NCBI RefSeq assembly: GCF_009914755.1
Contig: NC_060929.1
DNA: 64,000 bases
Direction: 5' to 3' (one strand)
Source: the human T2T-CHM13v2.0 reference genome, Homo sapiens
The position numbers and the translations under genes were made by a program. Under the pieces are notes generated by a model that saw only the letters and a list, made by a program, of their open reading frames with translations, was not told the DNA's origin and searched no databases. Every line of letters begins with the position of its first letter. Within the stretch, counting starts at the first letter, position 1. Shown here piece after piece: positions 14,931 through 28,119 of the stretch.

Positions 14931-17589
14931 CGGAACTGGTGAGAAAGACAACCCCAAAATGATGCACTTGGCCATTCTCAGGGTTCCTGAGCCGAATCTG
15001 CTTTGGGGGACTGGGGGGTTTCCACCGGACCCCAGCACTGCCGAGGACACCAGGGCTGCAGCATGGTGGGGGCTCTCAGTCTCTCCCTCCTTCACCCTGC
15101 TCAGAGGAGTGACCCTGGAAGGCCGCCTCTGAATGGGCCTTAGGGCTTAGAAGCTACCAGAACCCGCTCAGCCCGCCTGCATTCCTCCAGGTAGCCCACC
15201 AGTGACCCTTGAGTTGGGTTCCGCCTGGCCTAGAGCCAGTTCTCTCCCTGACTTGAAGTGAGCGGTGGAGAACAGGGGGCTGGGGTGATGGGTAATGCGA
15301 CATTGGAATGACCTGCCCAGCACCCAGGCAGGATGCAGGACCAAAGACCTCCCCAACCCGCAGCCCCACAGGGGCTAACAAGACCAGAGCTTCGTGCTCC
15401 TTGTTGGGAGGAGCCGGACTTGCTGAGAAGCAGGGGGCTCAGCTCTGGAACCTTTTGCCTGGGGAATACGGGCCACCGTGAGACCTTACCGCAGTCTTGT
15501 CACCTCACCGGGTCTTGGCTTCCCCATTGAACAGTGTGAGCGGCACCGTGACAACAATGGCAGGAAATGTGTATTGCTCACGTGGAACATGCCAGGCCCG
15601 GCCCAAGCACTTGTTGTGGAGGCTGTCATCTCGCGGCCCAGGTCGGCTGCAGGGTCAGGCTGTGCCATGGCCGGGTGCGGTGGGGGTGCTGTTTGTAAAT
15701 AACAACCTTTATTTACAGTCTATAAAGGCTCCATTAAAGCCAGAGGTTTTCAGAGTCCAAAGGGGCCCTAGAGGCCATGCAGGCCCACCTTCTCTCTCTC
15801 AACACCCCAAACTCACGCCCGAGGAGGCTGAGGGACCCTCCTGGGGGCACACAGAGGTGGGGCAGACAGGGACAAGAGTGTGGGTCTCCAGGCTGGCCAT
15901 GTGGCCGCCTGCCCTTCCTTTCTTCGCTGGCCCCGGAGGCAGGGAGTAGGGGCGCACAGGCCTCCACCCTTGGTCTAGGAGGTGTCAGCAGCGGGAGGAG
16001 GCTCCTGTCCTGGGGCTGTCGCAGCTCTTGCCCTGCCCTTTGGTGGGCTTTGTCCTTGGCTTCTCCTGTTGTGGAGGGCTGGGGCAGCTCCTGGAGACTC
16101 CCCACTCCCCTTCACGAGGGATTCCCCCTCACCCTTTCCAGCTTCCTCTGCCTATGAGAGAGGTGGGAGTGAACCCCAGCTGTGGCCCTCTCCATGCTGT
16201 CCATCACCAGTGGCTGCAGAGGACAGAGCGGCTGGAGGAGCTCACGCCGCCTGCCGCTGGGGACGATTCTGGTCTCAGCCTGCAGGGGCGTGGGGGACCC
16301 CGGGCCTTGGCCTGTGGGAGAAGGTGTATCTGTCAGTTCTAGGGGCAGCAGGGGGTGAAATCCCTGCCGGCAGCCTCATCACCTTTTCAAGGGTAGGGCT
16401 TGCAAGCTCTCATGCCCACAGCCAAGCCAGCCAGGTGGGGACAGCCCAGGGCGGACCCTTGGGGCTCCAGCTGACAGAAGCACTCGCAAGACAGGCCGGT
16501 GTGGGTGGCCGTGCTGCATTTTGAAGAGGAATCGGAAGCCCGGGCTTTTAAAATAGGAAATGTCCTGAGTTGTAGGCACTGCCAGTCACACATGACCCAT
16601 GAGCCCGTCCTGTGGGGGTGCTCCTGGCTCCAGGGACCCAGGCCCTCTGTTCGGTGGGGCTGTGCTGGGGCTGGGAGGGGAGGCACTCCACTCGCTCACA
16701 CACCAGAGGCTCCCATGAGGAGGCCCCGTGTTCCTAAGGTGGGAGCAGAGGCCTGGAGAGATCGGGCAGTTTGCCGGGACTGCAGACTGAGCAACAGCTC
16801 CCACCACCCTCAGAGCCTGTGCTTTCCAGGCGCTTCCCCCAAAGCCACCACTGCCAGAGGTTCTGGGATGCCCCCTCCTTTGCCTTCTGCATGCTGGGTC
16901 CTCTGATGTGCCCCTCTCTGCCAGGAGCTCAGGATGGAACCCCAGACATGGCCAGCCACTCCTCGGCAGGCCAGCCTCAGTCCTCTGTCAAGGCAGGGTT
17001 CCTGGACCACAGGTCTTTGTCACTCCTGTCCTGGCTTGGGCACTGAGCTGTTTTGCCCTCTTACCTCTGTCTACTCGATGTCCCCAGGTGGGTACCTTGG
17101 GAGGATTCCTGAGGCAGGACACACTCGCCCTCAGGGCTCTGATGGGCCCCGGAACCTCATCTGAGCCTCAGTTTCCCAGCCTGTGAGATGGGGCTGATAA
17201 CCCAGCCGTCGGATTCCCAGGGCTGCAGAGGGTGCTGCGGGGTCCGGCATCTTCCCTCACAGGGAAGGAAAGGGGTCCGTGCAGGCTGCTCTCCTAGGCC
17301 TCAGTTTAATAGGCCTCAGATTTGCACTGGAGACTCACAAAGATGCTCTGTCGGGATGGAGAGAAGAAGGCAGGTGTCACTCTGCATAACTGGCCATCTC
17401 GCCTCTGTCTTCTCCCTCGTTCTCTGGGGAATCTCGGCACCCCTGTGAACTCCGTCCGCAGGATCTGTCCAGAACCCAGCCCCACCTTCTGCCTCCCTTG
17501 GGCCCTGTGGGCTGAAGGCCTGTCTCAGCATCTCCTTCCCTGTCCCCGGGCTCTGGCCACCCAGCCTCCTTTCCAGCCACTCCCACTGA

Positions 17590-17965
17590 GGGCCTCTGCC
17601 TCTGCGGCTTACCCAACCTGGAAGGTTCTCCCCGCAGACAGCTGTGTGCCGCTCTCCTCTTTCTTGAATCTCTGCTCACATCATCCTATCAATCAGAGAG
17701 GCCTCTTGGAGCCACCCCACAGAAGAGGGAAGCCGCTCCTTCCCCGGCCTCCCGCACCCCAGCCCCTTGGCCCAGCTTTGCCTGCTCAGCACACACCCCC
17801 ACCTGGCGCCTTGAACAGCTGCTTAGTGCTTCTCTACTTCGCCTCCAATGCAACTGGCTATAAAACAGACCCCATGTCTGTTTTGTTCCCTGATGTCTCC
17901 CCAGTGCCTGGCCCCTAAGTAGGAGCTCTGGAAACACGTGCTGAATGAATGAGTGAATGAATGGT
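17590..17965 (+). mobile_element. L2 3' end with (TGAA)n tail
   Basis: tctccccagtgcctggccc...gtaggagctc...tgctgaatgaatgagtgaatgaat. Confidence 0.75.
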
Positions 17966-18489
17966 TGAATGTAAACATTTAAGTTATCCCGCAGTTTCTG
18001 TAACCCTATGGGGAATTTCTGGCATTTTTAACATATGAGACCCAAAACATGGTTTTACTGGAGAGTCTCCTTTCTCAAGAAGCTCCCAGCAGGAGCATGA
18101 TGGTGGGTGGCTGAGTCCAGAGGTTCTGCCCACCCCAGGGAAGGAGGAAGACAGCACAGACATGCTCAGTGCCAGGGGGCAAGAATGTCCCCCCACAGAG
18201 AGGAGGCAGCTCGGTCTATGTCCCCGGGGGCTCAGAGCAATGCCCAACAGAAGTTCCGGTGCAGGGGAATCCCAACACAAAACCAACTCTTCATTGTGAC
18301 ACAGGCCATGAGGAGAATCTTCAGAAAGGGCATTTACAGGATGTGTGGGAGCTGTTAAGCTCACTTGAGGAAGGAAGAGTAAGGAAAGGAGAATGGTGCA
18401 GACACAAACACATGGGCAGAGTGTGCTGGGTGAATGGGCTTTCCTCCTCCTGGGACATCACAAGTTCTGTTTAAGAAAAGGGCAAAAGG

Positions 18490-18955
<466 letters not shown>

Positions 18956-19086
18956 ATTAGGAATTACTGACAAGAGCAGAGGGGCACATGGCAGCCAGGG
19001 ATGGGGGTGGGGGACAGGGGGGATACGACTGAAAAATGAAGCTGGGGTCCATTTGTAAACTCTTTGAATGCCCTGCATTCAGGAAA

Positions 19087-19208
19087 GGGCTGCTATAGCT
19101 GAGCACTGCACAGCTGCCGGGAACACCAACCCCAGAAAATACAACCTGAATGGTGGCTCCTGGAGCTGTGCAGTGCACACTCTGAACATCTGTCCATAGC
19201 AGCATGCC
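19087..19208. mobile_element. MER91-like palindromic MITE (hAT-Tip100)
   Basis: Inverted arms gcactgcacagct...agctgtgcagtgc around a short loop. Confidence 0.75.
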
Positions 19209-19259
19209 CAGAGGTGGGCAAGGCTCATTCGGCCCCAGTGAATTGCTGCCAAGTGGGAA

Positions 19260-19672
19260 GATGCTATAGACTAGTGCCCACCAGTATTGAAACTGGTAAA
19301 ACTAGTGGTCACAGAAGACTGTACTTCTCAGCCCTTGGGGTGTGGATGGGCCACATGACTAGTTTCAGTCAATGACAAGTGAGCAGAAGTCAGGCGATGT
19401 CACATGCTGAAGCCGTGCAATGTCCCTGTGCTCTTCTTCTGTTTCTTCTTTCCCAGAAGCAGCAACTGACAAGGTCATGTGTCTCAGATGCCACTTAAAA
19501 ATGGTGGTGCCTCCATCAGCCTGGTTCCCTAAGTGACTGTGTGGAGCAGAGTGCCCTGGCTACCTGCACTGAATATGTGGTGCTCATAAGAAATAAAGAC
19601 CTGCGTGGTAAGCTCCTGTGACTTGGAGGTGCTTGTTACTGCAGCATAGCTCAGCCTATCCTGACCTACACA
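19260..19672 (+). mobile_element. MLT1H/I-type LTR
   Basis: ggccacatgactagtt...gagcagaagt...cctccatcagcctgg...ttgttactgcagcatagc...cctatcctgac. Confidence 0.8.
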
Positions 19673-20134
19673 GAAATAGAGGTAAATGTTGTCCTGACTT
19701 GTGATTTTGAAAAGAAATCTTCTGGTGTTAAATGTTGGAGACAGGATAAAAATACAACCAATATAGCGCAGACCAAGCAGAATCCCTCTGCAGGAGAGGC
19801 GTGGCCCACGGGCCACTGGTTTGCAGCCTACCCACCATCGCAGGCTCAGCTGTAGGGCCTCAGAGGACCGTACATAGAACGTGAGCTAACTCATTTTTCT
19901 GTACTTTCCCATGCAATCTCAGATCTACTTGTGGGCGTACCGGGACAGAATGAGACTCTCTGCTCTATGATTAACTGGAAGAGATTGCCTGGTTACAAAC
20001 AGAGAAAAAGAAGGCAATTCTGTGGCTCTTTTAGAAGCTGCTGAAAAGCAGTATTTGGGCATTTGAACGCCTGTGGGCCAGCAGCTATGAGACGAGGGCT
20101 GAATCCGACTTCAGGATGCAGGAAACGGGGTTAG

Positions 20135-20270
20135 GAACTCATGGTTCAAATTCCAGCTCTGCTATTTGGTGTGTCACCTTGGGCATGTCACCTCACCTCT
20201 CTGAGCCCATTTCCTTGTTGGGAGGTTGGGGATCATCATAGAAACCACTTCTCAGGATGTTGACAGGAGC
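20135..20270 (+). mobile_element. MIR
   Basis: ggttcaaattccagctctgc...accttgggca...acctctctgagcc core. Confidence 0.75.
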
Positions 20271-20407
20271 GAGGGAGGTGTGTGGCCAGTCAGGTGGTTC
20301 CTAGTCTCCTGGGGCATCCCTGCCTGCACGGAGAAGGCTCATCCAGGGAAGGGGCCAGGATGGGCCTGAGACCCAGGTTCCCCGGGGCCAGTCAGTTACA
20401 GTCTGGC

Positions 20408-21026
20408 TGTATTCGTTTCCTGTGGCTGCTGTCACAAATTCCCACAAGTGTGGTGACTTTTTTTTTTTTCCATTTTTAAATATTGTGGTTAAAAAAAGCC
20501 CATGTAACATGAAATGTACCCTGCCAGCCATTTGTAAGTGTATAGTGTGCTGCTAAGTATCTTCATATTGTGCAACAGATCCCCAGAACCTTTCATCTTG
20601 CAGAGCTGAAACTCGGTATCTTGGTGACTTTTTAAACAACACAAATTTATTCTCTTACAGCTCTGGAAGCCAGAAGTCCAAAATCATTGTCACTGGGCTA
20701 AAGTCAAGGTGTTGGCAGGTTGGCTCCTGCTGGAGGTTGGAGGGAGGATCCATTTCCCGGACTTCTGTAGCTTCCGGAGCTGCCTGCATTCTTCGGCAGA
20801 ATTCCACTTCCTTACATCACTCCAACCTCTTGCTTCTGTTGTCACAGCTCCCACTTCTGGTGTCAAATCTCCCCCTGCCTCCCGATTATAAGGACACTTG
20901 TGATTACATTTAGGGCCCACCCAGATAACCCAGGATAACCCTCCCTTCTCAATCGCATATGCGAAGTCCCCTTTGCCAGGAATTGGGACTTGCGTGTCTT
21001 TGGGGGCCGCTCTTCGCCTAACACCC
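20408..21026 (-). mobile_element. MLT1D-like LTR containing a short L1 insertion
   Basis: tgtatt...tttcctgtggctgctgt...aaatttattctcttacagctctgga...ttataaggacacttgtgattacatttagggcccacc. Confidence 0.88.
20458..20621 (-). mobile_element. 5'-truncated L1MB-type 3' end (~160 bp) with TSD
   Basis: Poly-T, attgtggt...taacatgaaat...tttcatcttgcagagctgaaactc; TSD tggtgactttt starting at 20451 and 20622. Confidence 0.85.
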
Positions 21027-21464
21027 TGGCTACGGTGGTCCGCTCTGGGCCCGAGGTGCCTTTGCTGGCAGCCAGGACAAGCAGGGTCCCAGAGGAAAAT
21101 GCCAAGTGGGGGCCCATGGAGTAGCAGGACTTGGGGACAAGCCCGATTCTGTCCCCTGATCTGGCTCTCACCGTCTGGAAACATACAGGCGCCTTGCTCT
21201 GGTCCTTCCTCGTCCTCTGCAAGGCAGGCTCCTTCCTGCACCCCTCCACTTCCTCAGGTGACGGTATCCACCCCAGGACCATTCATGGAACTAACAAAGC
21301 ACTGGACATACAGACAAAAACTGCTTCTTTCCTGAAGCTCCCATCCTAGTGAGGGAGAGTGAAGAAGCCGGGTACGTGATGTGGGAGGCAGTGAAGCGCG
21401 CTAAGGAGAGCAAGCGGGGACGGGGAGAGGAGGGCAGGGCAGGCCCGGGCTGTGAAGATTCAGC

Positions 21465-21760
21465 CCACACACATTTATCAAGCACCTACCAGGTTCCGGG
21501 GCCTGGGACACAGCTGAGAATGAGACAGACCCAGCCCCTGTCCCAGAGGATCACCTGTTTTAGCGGGCGGATGAAGCCGATGAGGAAATGAATGGGGCAC
21601 GTGCAGAAGGCAGTGAGGCTGGGAGGAACCACAGCGGTGCCCTGGGCTCAGGAGTGATGGAGCTGCTTCAGATGGGGCGGTCAAGGAGGACCTCTCGGAG
21701 GAGGTGACTGGGGACTGAGGGAGACGGCTCCAAGTGGAGGGGACAGCAACTGCAACGTGG
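21465..21760 (-). mobile_element. L2 3' fragment
   Basis: acatttatcaagcacctacc...gtcaaggaggacctctcggaggaggtgac. Confidence 0.6.
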
Positions 21761-23070
21761 GGGTGATGCAGCTCAATAGCCATGCGTGTCTGGGTGGCAG
21801 GAGCTCAGAAAAGCGTGTTGGCGGCAGTAAGGATGGAGGGGGATTGTCCTGGGATGGGGCTTCCCGTCCCACCTGCTGTGCCTGGGCTTTTAAGCCAGCA
21901 GTGAAGACACCTGAGACAGACCCAAGAGAAAGGCCTGCCCACACCTGGTGGCCACTCCAGACAGAATGAGGACAGGGCCCAGCACAGGTGGAATGGCCCA
22001 GGCCGGAGGAGCCCCTCTCAAGGAGGAGCCTGCCTTGTCCCCCACTCCTGCGCGGAGCCCTGTTCCCTCACGCGGGCTGGCTTCTTTAACGAGACCATCT
22101 GTCTGGCTTTCCTCACTCGGCTGAGCCTGCTGGTGCCATCCATCTCCCCCAGCCCCATCTCCCGTCCGTCTGTCACCGCTCGGCCCCCACCATCCCTGCC
22201 CAGCTCTGAGGGGGCCTCAGCAGGTCTGGCCTTCGTGTTTACTCTTCTCATCTGGCCACATCTGGCCCCCGTGCTGAGTCACCCTCTCCATCTGCCTGTC
22301 CTCCCTGTTGGACGGTGGCCGTCTCCTTCCTGGCTCTTTCGGAGCCACGTGGCAGCCCACGCGTGGAGCGGGTGCCAGAGCCGGCACACGCGTGGGGATG
22401 TGACTGTGAGCGGCTTGGTGCCAGCCTGCATCCCAGGAGGGGCCCCTCAAGGACAGCCCCACTGGAGGCCTCCCCCGCGGCCTTGGAGGGTCCGGTGGTC
22501 CACTGGACGAGTCTCAAAGAAACCAAAGAGACTCAGAGAGACAAAGGCCACAGCCAGGCTGAGGCAGAAACGGAGATGCCTGGTATCAAGGCTGGGTATG
22601 AACCCAGCTCTGCTGGATGCCAGAGCCTTTCAATTCTGCATCTGAGCGTGGAAGTAGGAAGAGCGTGGGCATTTCAGAAGGGTGTGGGGGCGGGAGGCAG
22701 CCTGGGAGCAAACAAGAGTCACAAGCCCGGGGTCCGAGGCCCTGCAGGGCTGGACCCAGAGCTCTGAATCTGGGTAGGTTACTTAGCCTTTCCCAGCCTG
22801 ACTTCCTGCACATATTTTGAAAATTAAACCAGTTGCACTGAGGTAGTACAATACCATCACCTACCCCTCAGGCCAGCCTGGAATAGCACCCCTTCCTCTG
22901 ACAACAGCATCCCAAATTTTCCTTAAGCCCCTTCTCAATCCCTGAGATTTGGGAAGGGCTGACAGGAGAAGACATGTGACCAAAGATGAGACAATCCAAG
23001 CACTGCAAACTCAGCCCCACCCCCACTTCAGTGCTTGGCTTGGGGTCAGGTGGGTGCCAAGCTGGGCTAG

Positions 23071-23466
<396 letters not shown>

Positions 23467-23467
23467 C

Positions 23468-23631
23468 CTTTTTTAAATTTTTTTTGAGACAGGGTCTCAC
23501 TCTGTTGCACAGGCTGGAGTGCAGTGGTGCAACCACAGTTCCCTGCAGCCTCAAACTCCTGGGCTCAAGTGATCCTCCTGCCTCAGCCTCCCAAAGTGCG
23601 GGGATTACAGGCATACTCTGCCGCGCCCAGC
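23468..23631 (-). mobile_element. Alu monomer (FRAM-like)
   Basis: Single antisense monomer gagacagggtctcactctg...gggattacaggc...gcgcccagc. Confidence 0.85.
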
Positions 23632-24074
23632 GTGCTGGAACTTTTCTAAGGAAGGGGTGCTCCTTGCTCACTGTGAGAGTGAGCAGGCTATGAGCTAGAG
23701 CTACTGGTGGCTGCCATGTGGTGAGAGCCCGCCTGTGAGGAAAACCAGCAGAGAGGAGAGCAGAGCCAAAGCACGGAGAATAAGAGCAGTCCTAACAAGC
23801 CCCTGGATCCAGCTGGGCCTGAAGCCAGCTCCACTTCTGGACTTTTCAGTAATCGATGCCAATACATTGCCTTTTATAACAGAGCCTGAGTTGGGTTCTG
23901 TCATTTGCAATCAAGGAGTTGTATGTGCTGTATTCCTGAAAGGGACAAACATGTGCCTGATACACAGTAGGCTCTCAATACATGCTGAAGATAAGGATAA
24001 GACCTTTGTGAGAACAGCCAGTCTCAAGACATATTCTATGATTTCCTGGGCATAACACTCCACACACGGCAGAA

Positions 24075-24395
24075 TTATAGAGATGGCAAGCAGGCTGGTG
24101 GCTGCTGGGAGCTAGGGCTGGTGGAGGGTGGAGGTGGGTGTGACATCTTCACGGGGATGGAACAGGTCTGGATCTTGAGTGCTGTGGTGGCTTCATGATC
24201 TCCACATGTGACAAAATGACGTAGAGCCGTATGCATACCCTGTGCCAATGTGGGTTTCCTGGTCTGGTATTGTACTAGAGTTATGTAAGATAGAACCACT
24301 GGGAGAAACCCAGTGCAGGGTACACGGCACCTCTCTGTACTATTTTTGCAAGTTCCTGTGAATCTGTAATAATTTCAAAACAAAAAGTTATAAAG
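24075..24395 (+). mobile_element. L1MC/L1MD 3' UTR end
   Basis: tattgtactagagttatgtaagat...gggtacacgg..cctctctgtactatttttgcaa...tgtgaatct...aatttcaaaa. Confidence 0.85.
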
Positions 24396-24749
24396 AAGAA
24401 GTTCTTTGTAGGTGTACCACCCAGCAGCTCTTGGACCCCAAAAGGCAAATCATGGGCATTGAAATCAGATGGACCAGAGCTCAAATCTCAGCATGGCTGT
24501 TCACCTGCTAAGTGGCCTTGGGTCAGTCACGTCTCTTCTCCTACCCTCAGCGTTCTCATCCGTGGAGTGGGGCTCACTGGGGCTTATGGGCCCGCCCCAT
24601 GGGGTGGTGATGACAGAGGATACAGTCAAGACCGTGCTCTGTCTCGCTCAGGACCTGGCTGTGGGAGGCGATAAGCTTCAGCAGCAGGCCATCAATACAG
24701 GGCTTGGCAGGGGGCCTTGCGCGGACCTGGCAAGGTCTTGGGTTCTGAG

Positions 24750-25095
24750 CCAGCTTCCCTGGGCTTGAGTCCTGGCTCTGCTGCTCCCTGCCTGGGTGAC
24801 CTAGGGTAGACTACTTGACCTCTCCGGCCCTCAGTGTTTCCATCTGTACAATGGAGATAATCATAGTGCTGATCATGTATGTGACTTTTGAGGATTATTT
24901 TTTGTAGAGACAGGTTCTCCCTAGGTTGCCCTATGTGGCTGATCTTGAACTCCTGGCCTCAGGCGAGCCTCCCACCTCGGCCTCCCCAAGCTCTGGGATT
25001 CCGGGTGTGAGCCACGTAGCCTGGTCTGCTTTTGAGGATTAAATGAGATAGGGCACCTGAGGCCCCTAGGGCAGAACCTGACACTTGGCAGGGAC
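24750..25095 (+). mobile_element. MIR interrupted by a FLAM
   Basis: gggtgacctaggg...cctcagtgtttccatctgtacaatggagataat, then tgaggattaaatgagata. Confidence 0.75.
24897..25025 (-). mobile_element. FLAM/Alu monomer
   Basis: ttttgtagagacagg...gtgtgagccac; TSD cttttgaggatta. Confidence 0.85.
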
Positions 25096-26199
25096 AGTAG
25101 CCCTTTGGGGTGTGGAGAATGGCCCCATGGGTGGGGGTGGGAGGACCCTGGCCATGCAGTGAGGTCTGTTGCAGCATTGCCAGGAAAGCTCTCACTTCCT
25201 GGGGATCAGCACCCCCAGGAGCTTCCCCTTCAAGGTCCCGCAGCCAGTGATGAATTCCACTCCGGCCAAGCAGAAAATCTGATCCCAGGCACCTAAGGAG
25301 GCAGAGGGACCCCTGTCCAGAGAACCCAGGCTCCCGCCTTCCTTCTCCTGTCCTCCCTGAGGAGGGAGAGCACAAACCTGAAGTGGAATCTGCATGGATT
25401 GGACTTCGAGGTACAGCCTCTGAGAAGAAAGGAAAGGACTTAGTGTTTGTGGTCAGTGAAAGAAATTCTGGGGACAGTGGGGGCTCAGTGGTTGCTTGAG
25501 GGAGGCTGGAGATGTTCCTCTGTCTCCAAACGTGTATTTCATGATCTGTCATGGTTTTAGGATCCCTAGAATTCCATTATTGCTGAGCTCATCCCTAGGT
25601 TAAACACTCCCCACTCCTGCATTCTGTTCTTTTCAAACTAGAGGAGTAACATATTAAGCCATGAATGTGTGAACTAATTTATGACAGGGTCTGGGGTGAG
25701 GCATGCTCAAAGCAGACCGAGGAAGGGCAGGAGAGGCCCAGGAAGGGGTAGGGGGAGGGTTGGGAGGTAGGGAATGATGCCTAAGGCAAACTTTGCCTGC
25801 TCTGGCTGGCTCTTGGTGATAATCTATTTAAAGGCCTCCCCTGGCTGTTCTCGTTGATGTAGATCCATTTGAGCAGTTTCAGGGCTGCAGTCTTTATTTA
25901 ATGCAGCTCCGAGCCTGATGCACAGGGCCCAGAGCTGAGCGGAGGCTGGCTCCTGGCAATGCTTAATAGCAAGGTGAGAACACGGAGCTCCTGAGTAGGG
26001 GAGGGGCGATGTCAGGCAGCAAGGGCTAGGCCGGCTGTGCTCCACAACCTGCTCCTTGCTGCTGCTGGGAGGATGGAGCAGGCTGGAGGTGGAAATTCCC
26101 ATCCCGGAGTCAGCACTTAGGAGAAGGGAATCTCAATGTCAAATGAGCTGGTGATTTGGTGGGATGGGAGAGGCTTTGTTGAATAGTGGCTGAGGATAA

Positions 26200-26560
26200 G
26201 CCAGCATGGCTTCGGCAAACAAGAAATATGTTAGCTCATGGAGCCGTCCAGCTTCAGGTACGGCTGAATCCAGGACTCCCTGTGAGAACATCTAACAGTT
26301 CCTGAGACCACATGCTTCCTGTGGAACACACTGGGGGAGCATGTCTGGGGCCAGGCATTCCCTGCAAAAGTCCCAAGGTCCTTTCTGATTGGTCTGGCTT
26401 GGGTCACATGCCCCTTCCCTAAACCAAACACTGTGGCCAGGAGGATGGGATACGCTGATTGTCTTGGCCCACTCCAAAGGACCAAGTGAAGTGGGGAGGG
26501 GGGTCAGTTCCATCCAAGCCTCACAGAGGACAGGAGGCCCCAGAGCAGGACCGGCCTAGG
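26200..26560 (-). mobile_element. MLT1K-like LTR
   Basis: cttcaggtacggctgaatccagg...tctgattggtctggcttgggtcacatgccc...ctgtggccagg. Confidence 0.7.
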
Positions 26561-27369
26561 AAGCAAGCAGATGCTGGCTCACGGCAACGCCGAGCCTGTG
26601 TCCACACACCTCGTCCAATGTACCCCTCTCAGCTGCCTCTGCAGATACTTCTTCAGATGAGAGCACTGAGGTAGAGGGACTTGCCCAGCACCCAGAGGGG
26701 GAGTCCAGCTAAAACAGAATCCAGATAAAAGACTCTATTTTATTCTAAGTTCTTTCCAGCGCCTCCTGGTCCAGCTGGCGCCGATCCCCTGTCCCACGTT
26801 CCCTGCCCCTGATATTCCAGAGTACTTGGACTCCTAGGTTTGGGACCTGAAAAGGATCTTAGAGTTTGTTGTCTCCAGTCTCTTCGAGTAATGCACCCAG
26901 GGCCACACAGCCCACGAATAGCAGAACGGGGACTAGAATCCACATCTAATAGGACAGCTTGTCACTTACCTTGTGTCTGCCTCACTGCTTGGGAGTCTGG
27001 TCTTAACGGTGTGGCCCTGGTCTCCATCTGCTTGCCAGCCTTAGTTTCCCACCTCCCCATGGTGAGGGTGTGAGGGTATCCCCGAGGGCCCCCTAGAGCT
27101 CCCCAGGCTCAGCCCCTGAATGATGGTCTGCGCTTTCCTGGGTCTCCACGCCGCCGCGGTTTGCATGTCTTACTCCTCCTTGACATCATTTTCTTTCTAG
27201 ATAATTGCTTTGTTCTAATTCTTTAGAGGCAATTTTCTTCTGTTACTTTATTTCTACAGTTAACACCCTCCAATTAATTTCATAGCTCTTGAAAGTTCTC
27301 ACATAAGTTGCCCTCACAAACCCTTCCAGTTTAACCGTCGCGTGCAACAGCAGCATCTCCGACAACACA

Positions 27370-27545
27370 GTCATCTATTCACGCCTACTGCATCCGAGCA
27401 CACCAGCTGCATTTGATCTTCATAATAACCTTAGGAGAGTAGCCTCCTTTTACAGAGAGGGAAAATTCAGACTCAAAGAGGTAAAGCAGTCTGCTCCAGG
27501 ACTGTAGTACAGGCGGAGCTGGGATTTGAACCTCCACCTCCAGCT
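27370..27545 (-). mobile_element. MIR
   Basis: tcttcataataacc...ttttacagagaggaaa...agaggtaaagc...gagctgggatttgaac. Confidence 0.7.
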
Positions 27546-28119
27546 GCTGGCCTGAATCAACAGCAGCTCCAGATCAGGGGGAGGGCATGGTGGCTGTCAG
27601 CTTCCAGGTGCACATCTGTCCTACTGGGGTGGCCCCAGAGTGAACTTGGTGGCCCTGCTGGCTCTACCCCTGGCGATTCCCTGCAACCTGCCCCTGGATC
27701 CTATACAGAGAAGCTTCCCTGGCAGGCAGGAGGAAATGAAATCCAGGCGAAACACAGGGTCTCAGCCTCCGTGCATGGATAGGGAAAAGTCAGTAGTGGT
27801 TACAGCATCTCTAGAGGAGAGGAGGAAAAAAAAACCTAACACCAACTACATTTGCAGAGAAATAATAAATGATTTCAAATTCTATTTTCCTATCTCTCTC
27901 AGTACATCTCCCAGTGCTATTTTATCTAGTAAATAGGAGGCCTAGTTGTTATTCTCAATTATGATATTAATTCTCCCGGTGACCCTGGGCAACTTACCTC
28001 CCTTCTCTGAGCTGGTTTCTCTATCTATCACCACCCGCTCAAGGACAAAAAGATGTTCTCACAGGAAGGAAGCTCCCTGTGTCTGGAACAGGCCTGGGCC
28101 CTCATTTACCCAGCAGGTG

